Shown: positions 50,849 to 64,000 of the stretch, piece by piece
How positions within the stretch are numbered: position 1 is the stretch's first letter
Layout of the letters: the number at the start of each line of letters is the position of its first letter
Assembly (NCBI RefSeq): GCF_006345805.1
Contig: NC_043004.1
Coordinates: forward strand, 19,220,001 to 19,284,000
Source of the DNA: Octopus sinensis
Taxonomy: Eukaryota
DNA length: 64,000 nucleotides
Direction: 5' to 3'
The notes under the pieces: model-generated
What the model saw: the letters and a program-made list of their open reading frames with translations, nothing else
Databases searched by the model: none
What the model was told of the DNA's origin: nothing
Position numbers and translations under genes: made by a program

Positions 50849-53800
50849 TCATGACTGGTATATAAACAGATCAATGGGAAAATGTCACAATCGATAGATT
50901 CAGGGTCGCATATGTGACTTGCATAATGTATCTTGAGAAAAATGACTGGGTAAGCTAAATCGTTTTATCTCGAAGTGGAGAGACAGAAGATACAGAATTA
51001 ATTCGTTGTTGTTTAATTTTATTTTGGAAACTTAGTCTGAAGTAAAAGATAAGACTAACGAAAATGAAAAATATTTTTAAAGATACAAACACCAAAATAA
51101 AAAATGGCATTTGATAGAACAAAACAACTGTAGGCATCGGGTCGCGACATTGGCGCCAATAAGGTTTCCCACCTTAGTGGATTTGTAACTGCTGTAAAAA
51201 TATGTTGGAAGTTTTTCCTTTTTTTTCCAATATCACACATACTGTGTGTGATAGATATTTCTGACAAAAGAGTAATCTCTTTTTGTTGTTTTTATATGTT
51301 GGGAAAACTATACATTCCCTGCAAAAAAAATCATGATACAATCAAATCAGCAAAAATCATCTATTTTAAAATGTAACAGTGTTGTCATTCATCCTCACAC
51401 GTTCATATTTACAGAACCAAATATAAATTGAATATGACCTCTAATTTCAAACTGTCTTGGAAAATTTTGCTTAAATTTCTATTAAAAATAACCATATCTG
51501 CATCTTGCAAGTGAAAACTGCTTTATGTGTGTATGTACGTATGTATGTATGCATGTATGTATATATACAAAGAGAAAGCAAGAAAGAAAGAGTGTGTGTG
51601 TATGAGAGGGAGGGAGAGAGAGAGAAGGGAAGAGAATGGATTGTTTTCTTATTTTGTACAGATATTGTGAGTTGTAAGCCAGACTCGCTAACTTCGAAAC
51701 AATAATTCTCAAGACTTTTTTTGTTTTACATATCTTGGGCTGAAGTAAGATAAATTGTAAGTTTTACTTCTCTATTTTAATATGGTTTACGTGTTCTGAA
51801 CTTACATTATAGAAATGTTCGAGCGAAAATTTCATCGAAGAGATTATTAGTATTGTTGTTGTTGTTATTGTGTGGTTGTTGTTATTGTGATGGTTGTTGT
51901 TGATTCCGATAATGCTGAAAACAGTTTTTTTTAATGAAATATTCACTGTTAAAATATTGAACGGTCTCCACATTTAGGTATTATCGAACGAAATGTTTAT
52001 TTTTGTATAATGCTATGCTTTGCAATAATATAGATGTTCAGAGTAGGTTAAACCAGTCATGTGATTTTGTTGTTGTCGTCCTCGTTAATGATGTTCAATC
52101 AACTCTATGAAACATAGATAACTGGTTATTGCTGTTGTTGTTGTTGTTGTTTAACCCCAGATCAACTCATTTTAGAAAAAAAATCAATGCTCGAAGGTAT
52201 TAAAACCGTCAAAATTTCATCTAATACCCTCTCCTTAAATATGGTGGAATGTACTGTAAGAGTAATTTTGTTATTAATTTTAGCAAGTCGAGCGACTGCT
52301 TAGACATTATTTCGTTGGCTCAGTTGCTGAGCTGTGAAACTTTAATTTTGAGGATTACGTGTTCACTATTTAGACATTTGTGTGGTCGGTAAGAAATATT
52401 CTATCGTTCAATGTTCTATTTTTCGGTCATATTCTTGCATAATTGACTTAGTTACTTAATCGACTGTTTGAGAAAGTTCACATACACTTCCTAGTTTTTA
52501 CTCGAGTAGTCTAAAGCTATGGACTGTTATTTAGTGGATTATAATGTGTGTACACAGTGAAATTTTGTAAAAGTGTATAAATATAATGTAGTATATTGTA
52601 TCATAGCTAGCGCTATTTCCAGTATATTTACTACTGAAAAATCCTACTTCAATATGCTAATATTTTTACATTCATTGATTGGTTTGTTTCCTTCAAATCT
52701 CTTTCCTTCAAATTTTACTCCCTCTAACTTACAGCATACAAAGAGGGAAACAATGCCAGCGGTTGATGTAAAGTTTAATACATTTGGTAGAAATGTTTAC
52801 TTCAAGTTACTCGCAACTGTTAATCGATAATATTGAGGTCAAGCAACTTGCACATGGGGCAAGAACTCTATTTAGTTTATAAATGGTATCAATATTTAGA
52901 CGTAAATAGTTTTTGAAAATGATTAGTGTTTTTATTATCCCTAGATATGTATGGGAAGCAATAGAGCAGCTGATACAATTGTTTGAGATATTTTACTACG
53001 AGTCTTTACGTTGTGAGTTCAAATACCTCCAAAGTTGTCTTTACATTTCTTTCTTTCGCAGTCGATAGATAAAATATCAGTAAAGAACTGCTTTCGAAAT
53101 ATTGATTGTTCTCTCACCAAAAAAAGTGGCTCTGTTTTTGTAAAAGAAATCATTATTATGACCTACTCTCCAATACGTGACATTCAGTTACTATTAGAAG
53201 TAGTCTTGAGTTATATCCAGAGTTCAAATTATGGAGCGGCTCGCGTTATTTTCTTAGTAATGGGGTTGATAAAATAATAGTAAGATAGTTAGGTGAAATT
53301 CTCACCTATTTCTCCTAGTCTTTTGAAGTTATATATAATGTCATAGTTTTAAATATTTCAAACTAAAATATCAATTCTCTATACTTACGTTCTGCCAAAT
53401 GCTATCATTATGTAAAGAGGAGAATTTTTTCTTTGAATACTCCGATATGATTTCATATTTGTTATCGGTAACTCGGTATGTTGTACTTATACATACAACT
53501 TATTTGATCTGTAGCTGAGAGAGTTAAATTATATGACTGTGACGACAAAACAGTATCAAGAAAGGAAACATGTTTTGATAAGAAATCCAGTATCATGAAT
53601 TCGTTTGTTCTGGTTGTGCACAATGAGAAATCGTCTCATAAAGAGCATTTAATCTTTTCATAAATTTCTGTTAGAATATTAAGAAGATATTTAGGGCGTG
53701 CGATGTGATCCATTTCAAGCAACTTAATTTTATTTACTATGTTTATATGTCCATTATAAATTTCATTTCCCTGTTCTGTTAACAACAGGCTACGGAGTAT

Positions 53801-54638
53801 AAGTAAAAGAAAAAAATATTTAAACGCCGTGACAACTCGCTTTTTTCCCTATTCTTTCAAAAGACAAACATCTCCCAGTCTTAAATGTGACCATCGATCT
53901 AGAAATATACAGTAGGCGTGATGTATTGCACTTTTAGTTTAGGAGAAACTTTATTTTGATATCCTGTCAGAAGCTAATCGATAATGTAATTCTATACACT
54001 GCCTTTATATCAGAAAATCCAAAATATCACACTCCTAATACTTAATCGTGATATATCATCGTTTCGCACAATGATATTAGCGGCCTCATCATGACAACTA
54101 TTTTGTAATAAACATGGAGAGAAGAATTAAAAAGAAAATGAAGCGGTATGCAGTGTGAATGATCTGGAAATAAATGAAAAGAAAGTGATGAATGAAAGAT
54201 TTTTTTTTTTCCGAGAAACAGAAAAATGTTTTGAAATATTGAAGATATTTAATAGAAAAATGTTTACTGTATATTAACAAATGAGTGCAAATGTAATTTA
54301 TTCTTCATCCTGTTTTATTCACTTTATAAATCCTTTTAATTTTTCAGTGAAGTCCGTTTATCGATAGGTATATGGGCTTATTTAATTTTAGTAGTTATTT
54401 CAAAATAAGATAACATGCAGACACATTTAGAAAAATATTTCCCCTACCATATTTAGTCGAGATAGCAAGTTTCTACACACACAGACATAAACATTGATAT
54501 TCGAACATACATAAAGTTTGTGTGGGTGTACACGTGTGTATATACTTTTACAAGACAGATATGTTTTACAAACACCTACGCATACACTTATGTACACACC
54601 TATATAATTGGACACACTCACACACACACACACACACA

Positions 54639-54730
<92 letters not shown>

Positions 54731-55201
54731 GTATAATTACAATCTTAAGCTTATAAGCTTTCACTGAATATTGACTATAGAAAATAGTCAAACATTGGGG
54801 CATATAAACTCTCAAATTGCAAAAAAAAGGAAATAAGAGGTGTGGTTTCGTTTCCCATCAACACTAATGCCCATCATTATTCCGTCGAGGGTTTATATGC
54901 CCCAATATTAGACTACTTTCTATAGTCAATATTCGGTGAAAATTTATAAACTTAAGCGTATAATTCTATTTACAAAATTTTCCCTCGTCACGTTTCTTAA
55001 CTTACTCAGCACAATATAAGTACATTCGTATTGTTGGTGAATTGTTTTCCTTCTTTGGACTTTCACTTTTCCCTGCGCGTCAAACTAATACATTCTATGT
55101 GCATGTCCTCTAGTTTATTGTTATTTTTAATGTTTGTTTATTTGATTTGACTGTGTTATATATATATATGTATGTGTATATATATATATTATATATATAT
55201 G

Positions 55202-55253
<52 letters not shown>

Positions 55254-56064
55254 TATATATATATATATATATATACATATTTAAAGGATAAAATCATTTA
55301 AATTAATGGATTTTTATCAGTGGCCAGCACATAAAAAAGAACCTTTTAAGCAAAATTCATATGGAGAGATTTATAAATGTATAGAATACAATTATGATTA
55401 AAGGTACAGAAGCTACCGTGCCTATATGATAGAAAGAGACGCCAAATACAGCCAACCACTGTAAGTTTCTCTTCAATATACACGGGTTGAAAGCGGGAAA
55501 ATTGGACTGGCCAAAAATTCGTAAAATATTTCTGGTAGTTCTAGATCGATCAATTTCTGGATACGTTTAATAACTTATCCAAAAATTGATCAATCTGTAA
55601 CTACCAGAATTATTTAACGTATTTTTGGTTGGTCTGCTTTTCCTGCTTTCAACATGTGTATATTGAAATGAAACTTACAGGGTTGTACGTATTTGGCATC
55701 ACTTTCTAGCATATAGGCATGGTAGCTTCTGTGCCCTTAATTATAATTGCATTTATTTCTCTCTTTCTCTCTCTGTCACCCTCTTATATATATATATATA
55801 TATATGTATATCACCCTCTCTTATACATATATAAAGTTGCAATAATGAAGTCAAAGCAATATATATATATATATTATATCTGTATATTATGGATAACTAT
55901 ACATATGGTCTCTCAAATACATACACATAGACGTGTGTGTGCATATGTGTGTATGTATGTATGTATGTATATGTGTATGTATGTATGTACATTACATGAT
56001 ATGTGTCTCTATATGTATGCAATCGATGTATTATGTCTCTATGTGCGTGTATGTGTGTGTGTTT

Positions 56065-56395
56065 AGGAGGAAGCATGGCAGCGCAGTTGAGACGTTCAGT
56101 TCACAAACATGCTAATCCCCAATATGGGATCTTGACCAAAAGTTTTTTACCCTCGCTTGGCTCAAACTACTACCTGTTAGTGAAATCGTCTTGACGGAAA
56201 CTGTATCGAAGCCTGTTGGTTGGGTCTGTGCTAGTAACTCAAAGGTACATTGTCATCACACCGTGTGTCACGGTTATTTTATGTGAGAATTATGTTAATG
56301 GTGCACGAGTCTGCTAGAGGCTCAGTCAAATATGCGTCGATTCAAAAATAGAGGTTATTCAATTAGTGTAACAATCCTCATTGTCGAACAACAGA
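56065..56395 (+). mobile_element. Old chimeric SINE: family A-like 5' half plus family B type 1 tail
   Basis: gacggaaactgtatcgaagcctg resembles family A gacggaaactgaaagaagcc. The segment tgtcatcacaccgtgtgtcacg...gagaattatgttaatggtgcacgagtctg...gctcag resembles 11815-11890. Confidence 0.55.
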
Positions 56396-56419
56396 AAACC
56401 ACCACCAATATTTAAAGAA

Positions 56420-57950
56420 GACTCGTGTTAGGTGTGAGAGTTAGTGACTTTGTAGTGAACCAGTGTGGATTGAGAAGGTTGTCACCAGGGATAGAGATGT
56501 CTAAGTTGATAAAGATGGTGGAAGTGAATTCCAGTCTTGTGTGGAGGATGTTCATGCGAAATATGAAAATTCTAAGTTTATCTTTGGATAGTAAGGCTGC
56601 GTCTGCATCAGTGTACTGGTTGTTTCGTTTGTTTAATTTAAATTTTGATGGAGACCACTAACTGAAAATTTAGCCCTCGGTGTGACCCAAGGACAAGTTG
56701 ATATAACTGGACCAGTCTTAATTCCTACAAATACTCTGTTTATACGCTGGCAGGAATTACGAGACGAAGAGAAACAATTTATGGTAAGAACGAGTTTGCG
56801 AAGTGAAAAAGTACGGATCGAGTACAAGCGTTATCTTGGAGGATAACTATGTGTAAGATCTTTACGTCGATAGTGAAGAAGAGTTTGACAGGTCTGGAAG
56901 ACGAATCATAGATGAATAGGCTTGTCTAGTTTTAGTTTTCATTTCGAATGAAAGTGCAGCGATCAAGGGCAGTTGCAAGTGGAGATGAAATTTTGGGGTT
57001 GGGGATTAGCAAGGAATTATTGGAAGTGCGGGCTCTTTGGGGAATGAAATTGGTACTACTACTACTACTACTACTGAAGAAAAAGAGAAAATGTAGATGA
57101 GCCGGAATATCACAGTAGAAATTAGAGTTTGGTTTACAAGAATGTTATGTCTGTAATGTTTCTGGTCATCGTTAAATTAACAAAAGGCTTCCTCCCGGCA
57201 AAAATCAATATGCTAATAAAATGCCGTTTATCCTTGATCCACCGGCTCTATGATGCTGTCACGCTATTGGCAGCGCTGACAGAGTCAGACAAGATCTCAA
57301 GGAGCGATATTAAGCATATTTTGTCGTTTACGGCAATGGAAACAATTTAGACGATAATGATATTTATCATGGGGCAGGTCCTAATTGTACTATCATAAGT
57401 TAGGCACGCAGTTAGAACAATACTACTTGCATCCAGAAATTGAGACATCTCGTACTCTGTTGAGGATGAACATCCCAAACTAAGCACATTAAAGAAACTG
57501 TCCGGCCTCAGTGTGTGCGTCAGAATCTTCACAACCATACATGTGAATATGAAATAGCGATTTCAGTTTAGGCGAAGCGTTCGTAAGGCAAATAGGCTGT
57601 TGCATGTGTCGGTATGATATGACTGCTCGCTGAAGCACCAGTAGCTGGGAAGGTTTTCTGTATCTTGAAGGAAACCGAAACAACGTCGGTTAAGATGGTA
57701 GCTGTAAATGGCTATAGTGTGGACGAGTTGGAGTAAGAAGACGACAGGAATGTCTGATGTCACGATTCAGAGTTATCATTTATAACATGAAACAAAGGGT
57801 TGTGGGTCTATATTCAGTGTTGGTATGGTGGCAGTCACCTGCAAGGACAAGAGGAACAGCAGAAGCGGGATCCAAATTTACGTGGTGATAGAAAATTTTA
57901 CTTTGGTGAAGATGAATTTGACAAATGTAGGTTTCTATGGCGGCTGCTGG
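56420..57950 (-). mobile_element. Highly degenerate LINE debris
   Basis: Complex coding-like but stop-ridden sequence. The minus strand near 56740-56820 resembles the 3' end of L2/CR1-group ORF2. Family not assignable by eye. Confidence 0.3.
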
Positions 57951-58276
57951 AACAAAGGGAATATGCATTTTTTTAGTTTATGGTGTAAACTCTGCGTAAA
58001 TAGGTTAGTGTAGGTGCAATAGGGAAATAGGGTCACACAATTAGTGTAATATAATGTAAAATGTTAAGATCCTGAATCCAACACATTTGCGATAGTGATT
58101 TTTGGGGTCTGTCTCTGGGAGGTTTCTCAATTTTCGTAGAAGAAAAATAAATTTCAGTGAGTAGTGAAGTTTTGAACACATCTCCTTCAGAGAGAAAAAG
58201 ATCATAGAGACTAATATTGGAGTTGCTCTATAATAAATGGAAACGAGCAAATACTGGGGAAAAATGATTAATTACT

Positions 58277-58325
58277 CTTTCTTCTTCTTCTTCTTCTTCT
58301 TCTTCTTCTTCTTCTTCTTCTTCTT

Positions 58326-58354
<29 letters not shown>
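58277..58354. repeat. (TTC)n microsatellite
   Basis: Read directly from the sequence. Confidence 0.95.
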
Positions 58355-58358
<4 letters not shown>

Positions 58359-58934
58359 ATCTCTCTGGTAAGAATAGACTGTATTTATATATGAAAACAG
58401 ACGAACTCTGCTCGGTTTATTTTCCTTAAGACACACCGTGTGCGCAGACGGTGCCCCCACAGCTTCACCAGAAGATGAGGCCTCAAGAAGGTAGAACAAA
58501 AATACATAAATACACGCACACAATCCTACATACATTCTTCTATACAAGTGTGTGCTCATGTATGTATGTATGTATGTATGTATGTATGTATGTATGTATG
58601 TATGTATTATGTATGTATGTAAGTAGGTAGGTAGGTAGGTAGGTAGTAGGTAGGTAGGTAGGTTCAGTGCAATAAACAGAACAATAGAATTCAGTACGGG
58701 AGTGCATCTGATTTATTATTTTTCATCATCAGAACTTTAAAAAAACGACTCAAAGGCCAAGAGTTTCGTCTAAGGTACTTATGTTAGGGCTATGCACGAA
58801 AATCTCGGACCTTGAGTCACTTTGAAACTTTTCTCCATGGATAATAATCATATATATATATATGTATATATATATGTGTGTGTGTATGTATATATATATG
58901 TATATATATATGTGTATATATATACATGTATATA

Positions 58935-58981
<47 letters not shown>

Positions 58982-59384
58982 GTATACATATATATGTATA
59001 TATATATATATGTGTGTGTATGTATGTGTGTGTGCGTGTGTGTGTGTATTATTTGTATGTGGCATATGCAAAGTCAGAGTATCTGTGATCATGCTATAGA
59101 GATAACAATTTATAAAGTAAATGTTTGGCTACTTTTTCCCCCTTTTTCATATTAGATAAATGTGAATATGACATTAACATTGGAGAATCTGTTCACGACA
59201 TAACAACCACAACAACAATAACAATAATATAAATAATATATGTTATCTATTGAATATTTTGTTCTTGTATTTTTGTTCTACAAAATATGCTTCTGGAAAT
59301 CATTCGTAACTCATTCATCTCAAAACATTTGTACATTCATTTGACCCTTATAGGATTTGTCTGGTAATAGAAATATGACAATGA

Positions 59385-59472
59385 CATCATCATCATCGTC
59401 GTCATCCTCCTCATCATCATCACTATCGTCGTCGTCATCGTCATCATCGTCGTCGTTGTCTTTGTCATCGTC

Positions 59473-59569
<97 letters not shown>

Positions 59570-59582
59570 CCACCATCATCAT
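59385..59582. repeat. Imperfect (CAT)n microsatellite
   Basis: Read directly. Source of the poly-Met and poly-Ser ORFs. Confidence 0.95.
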
Positions 59583-59936
59583 TGTTTTTGTTATTGCTAT
59601 TGTTGTTTAACTCTAGGCAAAACGAAATCTATAGTCAGTTCTGCTAACCCGTTTTGATTTTTGTTTTCTTTTTATTAATCTCCGGTTTCGTGCTTTTGAA
59701 ATAAAATAATTTTAAGTATTATTAATATTGTGTTTATATTATTATTTCTGTCGAACCTACTTTTGTTGCTACTGATGATGATGTCGTCAATGAGAATGGT
59801 GAGAATGCTAAAGTTATGGTTATATAAAAATACTGGGAACCGTCTTCAAAGTTATCATTGCACATTGTTTTTGCCTTTGTTCTGTTACATGACATCACTG
59901 ATTTGAGCAGACCTATGTAACGTAGGCTAAGGCACA

Positions 59937-60170
59937 TGGCTTGGTGATTAGGTTGTTGTACTCATGGTCGTAAGATTATGAGTAAGATCTCTGTACCAGG
60001 CGTTGCATTGTGTTCCTGAGCAAAACACTTCATTTGCCGTTACTCAAGTCTACTCAGTTAGCAAAAGTGAGTAATCCTGCGACGGACCAGTGTCCCGTCC
60101 TGAGAAAAATATACGCACCACACAGATCAAGTAACCTGTCCTATGTGTCTATGTGATTTGGGAAGGATCT
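59937..60170 (+). mobile_element. Old tRNA-derived SINE related to the family B head, with a third body type
   Basis: tggcttggtgattagg...actcatggtcgtaagat...accaggcgttgcattgtgttcctgagcaaaacact parallels the family B head, followed by cctgcgacggaccagtgtcccgtcc. Confidence 0.55.
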
Positions 60171-63100
60171 TAATCGTTTACCCTATGAAACGTAGACCAT
60201 CAGCAATTTTATATTTCAGATACAATTTATTTGTGTCGAATTTTTATCATTCCTATCGGAGTGACCACTTCAACCATCCGGTTTTAGTGGGGTTTCTTTC
60301 TCAATTTTACTGTATCGTGAACTATTTAACCTGTGTGTTCTTCCGTTCTAAAGACATCATTAGGTTGTGAATCGTCTTATGGACCGACCTGTAGGAAAGG
60401 AATGTGTTCATGCCCTTCGCAAATTGACTGGTGCACAAAAATGTGCAGAGAAAGAGAGGGGAGGTTCCAGAGAGCTGAAATTTTGGTAAAGTTATTAGTT
60501 TGGAGTTTGTAATTGCTTGTGTGGATTAGTGAAAAATTTGGTACACAACGAGCTAGAGGTTCCCTCTCTGGCTGATACAGCTGAAGACAAGCAATCGAAA
60601 ACTGTAAGAAGTAATCGCTAAAATGAAGAAGAATCTTTAAAATATCACCTGTAATTTTCTTGCAATCTTTTTGAATAACAACGAGGCACGTCAGCTCCAG
60701 TGCAACCGCTGGTGAATTCCATACCTGAGGAACGACATCTAAAGTTAAACGTAGAACTATAAACCCGTCAAGTAAAATGTCTCGCTATAATTAAGATAGG
60801 TAGCAACAAACTTAGCAGTTAAGAAAATTCCTAAACTGCCACACTGCATTCTATATGATAAACCATTACATGTCAGAATTCATAATATATTCAATATGGA
60901 TAGCACCAATAATTCAACTGGCTTTCCTATATATAATAAATTTCTTAGTTTCGAGAAGAAGCAACGGTGAAAAATCTCTAATTACATGACTTTCGATTGA
61001 TTGTGGTGTCCAGAAATCAGCGGAAGTTCTAGAACGGTCATCTTACTGTGATCAGCAGTTGCTCCATTTATGAATACTGCTATTCTTCATATCACAAAAT
61101 GGACCGGGCAAAGTTGAGAGCCCACGAATGTTTTAAAGACAGCTTAATGTCGACCCGTTCTACAATCACAAGGTTCCCGATTTAGCAAACAATTTATACT
61201 GCCGTAGCTCCTATTCCAACTAAACCAGATGGTGTAAGTCAAATTGAGAAAAATTTTGTTGGATTCTTTCGATGGACTGTTACTTTAATTCAATAGCCAG
61301 ACTCGCCACATTATGTCTTGAACTGTATGTATATTACATTAAAGGTGCGCTATTACAATAAGTAACTCTGAAAACGTTTTAAATTGTTGTAAGACACTAA
61401 TATACTTCATCTAAATAACCAGGCTACTGTCAACTAAATAGATTTCATTTCGTGAAATATTAGATATTTTTAAAAAAGTGTTTCGATTCAGAAAGACTAA
61501 GGAATATAACATTTAAAAAGCCCATGTATGCTACTCGACAGGATACTACTATCATGTAACTTTCAAATTTGTGCATTTCCGACAACTAAATGGTTTGTAA
61601 TCTTTATGGACAATAATCTTTGAACTAGCATCATAACAATAGATTTATAAGATTTCTTTTTAATATTCTAACTTACTTCATGAGGTTTTGTTTACACTAA
61701 TACTTTTTCGTTCATTCCTTCAATTAAGTTTTAAATTGCTTTTTGACGAATAAGACGCTAGTTGTTTTTAAAGACGGGTGTATAGCTAATTGAATAATCC
61801 AGACTGTAATTGATACTTTTTGAGTAAATACACTAGAGGTAGATGATGATGATGGTATTTGAATTGATTAAAATGAATAAGTGTTGCAAGGCATTTGCGT
61901 GAAGCTCTCTCTATGGATACAAAAGCCAATTGTTTGGATGGAAGCATATCTTTCATGGAATATAGTGTCGATGCTTACAGGTACTCTATCGATCCAGAGG
62001 TGATGTTCTGATCTTCTGTGACAGATAAATTTAGAACAATGAGATAGTGAACCGGCAAGGTATCTAGTTCAATAGTTAACTTTCTTTGTTGATTCTACAT
62101 CTATAGAGATAGTGTTGCTAAGTAGTGTATGCTAAGAAGATAGAAAATAATACTTACCGGCATATAATCTCATATATTTTATGGTGGCAATTTATGAATG
62201 GAGAAAGCACACTACAGAGAAGTGAAACATATTTTAATATTTTAATTTTCTTATGAATAATTATCATTCTGATGATTTGTTTCGTTTGTACGATTAAGTG
62301 ACTAAATCAGTGTAACTGAGTGGTAAGATATTGTCCGTTTTAGATTTGAGGAAATGTGTCATTGCTTTACACACTGACATCCGAGATCATTCATCGTTGA
62401 TTCCACTTCTCATCGAACCTTTGCAATAAAAAGAAACGACAATATTTTTTGGTGCACACACACTTTTGAATAATGCTTCCTTTTCAACACTTTTCATCCG
62501 TCAGCTTTTCTTTCACAAACTCCAATTTCTCCTGGACACAGAACGAAATAATTCAGTGACCGGTCTCCTCAACTGTCACCATTGCTACTGAGTGACCTCT
62601 GTAACATATCGTACAGTAGTGGGACAAAATTGTCAAAAACAATTCTCAAGTACGCTCCAACAGACACAAAAATTAAACGAAAAAGCGTCTTGAAAGTCCC
62701 TTACTCATTGGTTTCAGTGGATGGAAAGCGCTTTTCCTTCCTTCCTTTCTTTGTTGTTTTTTCTTCACCCCCATCCCCACTACTCCACTTCATCATCTTT
62801 TTCTACCGTTTAGATTTTCTTTTGTTCATATGAACCTGGATATTTGTTTATATATATCCCTGTGTACGTGCGGGAATATAAACAAATATCTGCATATCTA
62901 TGCGTTACTGATGTATGCATTCCATATACTTGCCTATGTTACCCGCCGCAGTATCTGTTGTTACGGTTTCACCGGTTCACAATATCATAGATTCTTCTTC
63001 TCTAATAGTTTTAAGCTACCTTTTCTGTTTCTTCTTTTTTCTCACTACCTTCTTAAGTTCTTTTCTTACACACATACATGTATGTGTGTGTGTGATTATT

Positions 63101-64000
63101 TTTTGCTTATTTTTGACAACCTTCTTTGGCTACTAATCATCATTCTATTCTCTTTAGCGCCTATATTCTCTTTAATCTCATGTCTTTCCAGCACACGTCT
63201 CATTCCTTGCCCGACAAATTAGAATTTCCTTCTTTACAAATTCATATCTATTGCATTTTATTATTATGCAAACGTCTGCGAGAAAACAGTCAGTGGATAT
63301 ATTAACAAAAAAAAAATGGTTAATAATGCCTTTGTACTGTTTACCGAGTCAGATCGCATGATATCCGAAAATTTCATTGTGGGAATTACTGGACTTAACA
63401 TAGAGACAGCTGACAGCTCACACATGTGTTAGTGACATAATGTAGAGGTGCCTGTCTATTTATCGGTGTATAGTCCAATTAACGTAATCTCATTCAATCA
63501 CCATGTATTATTGACCTCGTTAAACCCTTGTTTTGAAGTATATCAGCATGTCTCAAACATTTTTTGGCCGTGTAGCTTGACATCTTAATATTACACTGCT
63601 AGATTATAAAAAATACAAGGTCATCTAACATTCTAATTTTTCTTTGAATTTTATTGAATATATTTCAGCAATTTCATTGTTATCTCTGCATTTCACTATT
63701 GTTTGCTTCATTTAAAAAAAAAGTATTTGAAAATATTTTAATAGAAGACTTTAAGGTATTTTGATATTCATCCTTCAATCATGGCTTTGTATCTAAAATT
63801 AAGATGCTTAACGAAAATTAGTCATTTTAATTATGACTGATTTAATGAGTTCTTGATTACCAACAAGTTATGCTAAAGGTCATTAATACTGTCTGCCACG
63901 ATATCAACAGTCTAACATAATTCATTAAACACAACATAATTTCTTTCAACATATTCCATTATACATTGTTTATTAAATCAAAGAATTCTATTATATCGTT

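Noticed and set aside
54349-54367. Tiny AG...GT micro-exon candidate on the + strand
   Set aside because: Weak donor, lies downstream of the GPCR stop, and has no frame context.
60380-61300. Complex, coding-like stretch, possibly a decayed DNA transposon (similar stretches at about 13000-13900, 19800-20340 and 29050-29640)
   Set aside because: No diagnostic motif or termini recognisable by eye; needs BLASTX/Dfam.

Overview
Eukaryotic, AT-rich, microsatellite-dense genomic DNA. The repeat content (tRNA-derived SINEs, mariners, Penelope-like elements, RTE/CR1 LINE debris) suggests a cephalopod such as Octopus; this is an inference. The only host gene I can support is the 3' part of a secretin-family (class B1), calcitonin/CGRP-receptor-like GPCR on the + strand, mostly invisible in the ORF track. 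It has four exons (4272-4351, 20547-20682, 29762-29803, 50376-50591) with canonical AG/GT sites and matching phases, encoding TM5-ICL3, TM6-ECL3, TM7 and the helix 8/C-tail. The conserved TM7 Gln is replaced by Lys, and the protein ends in a PDZ-type motif. The introns hold dead transposons: mariner copies and fragments, two Penelope GIY-YIG remnants, LINE remnants and at least three modular SINE families. They also hold a non-coding repeat family carrying a minimal hammerhead ribozyme, a ~4.5 kb block bounded by ~220-240 bp inverted repeats, and many fold-back structures. Most ORFs in the supplied track are microsatellite artefacts.
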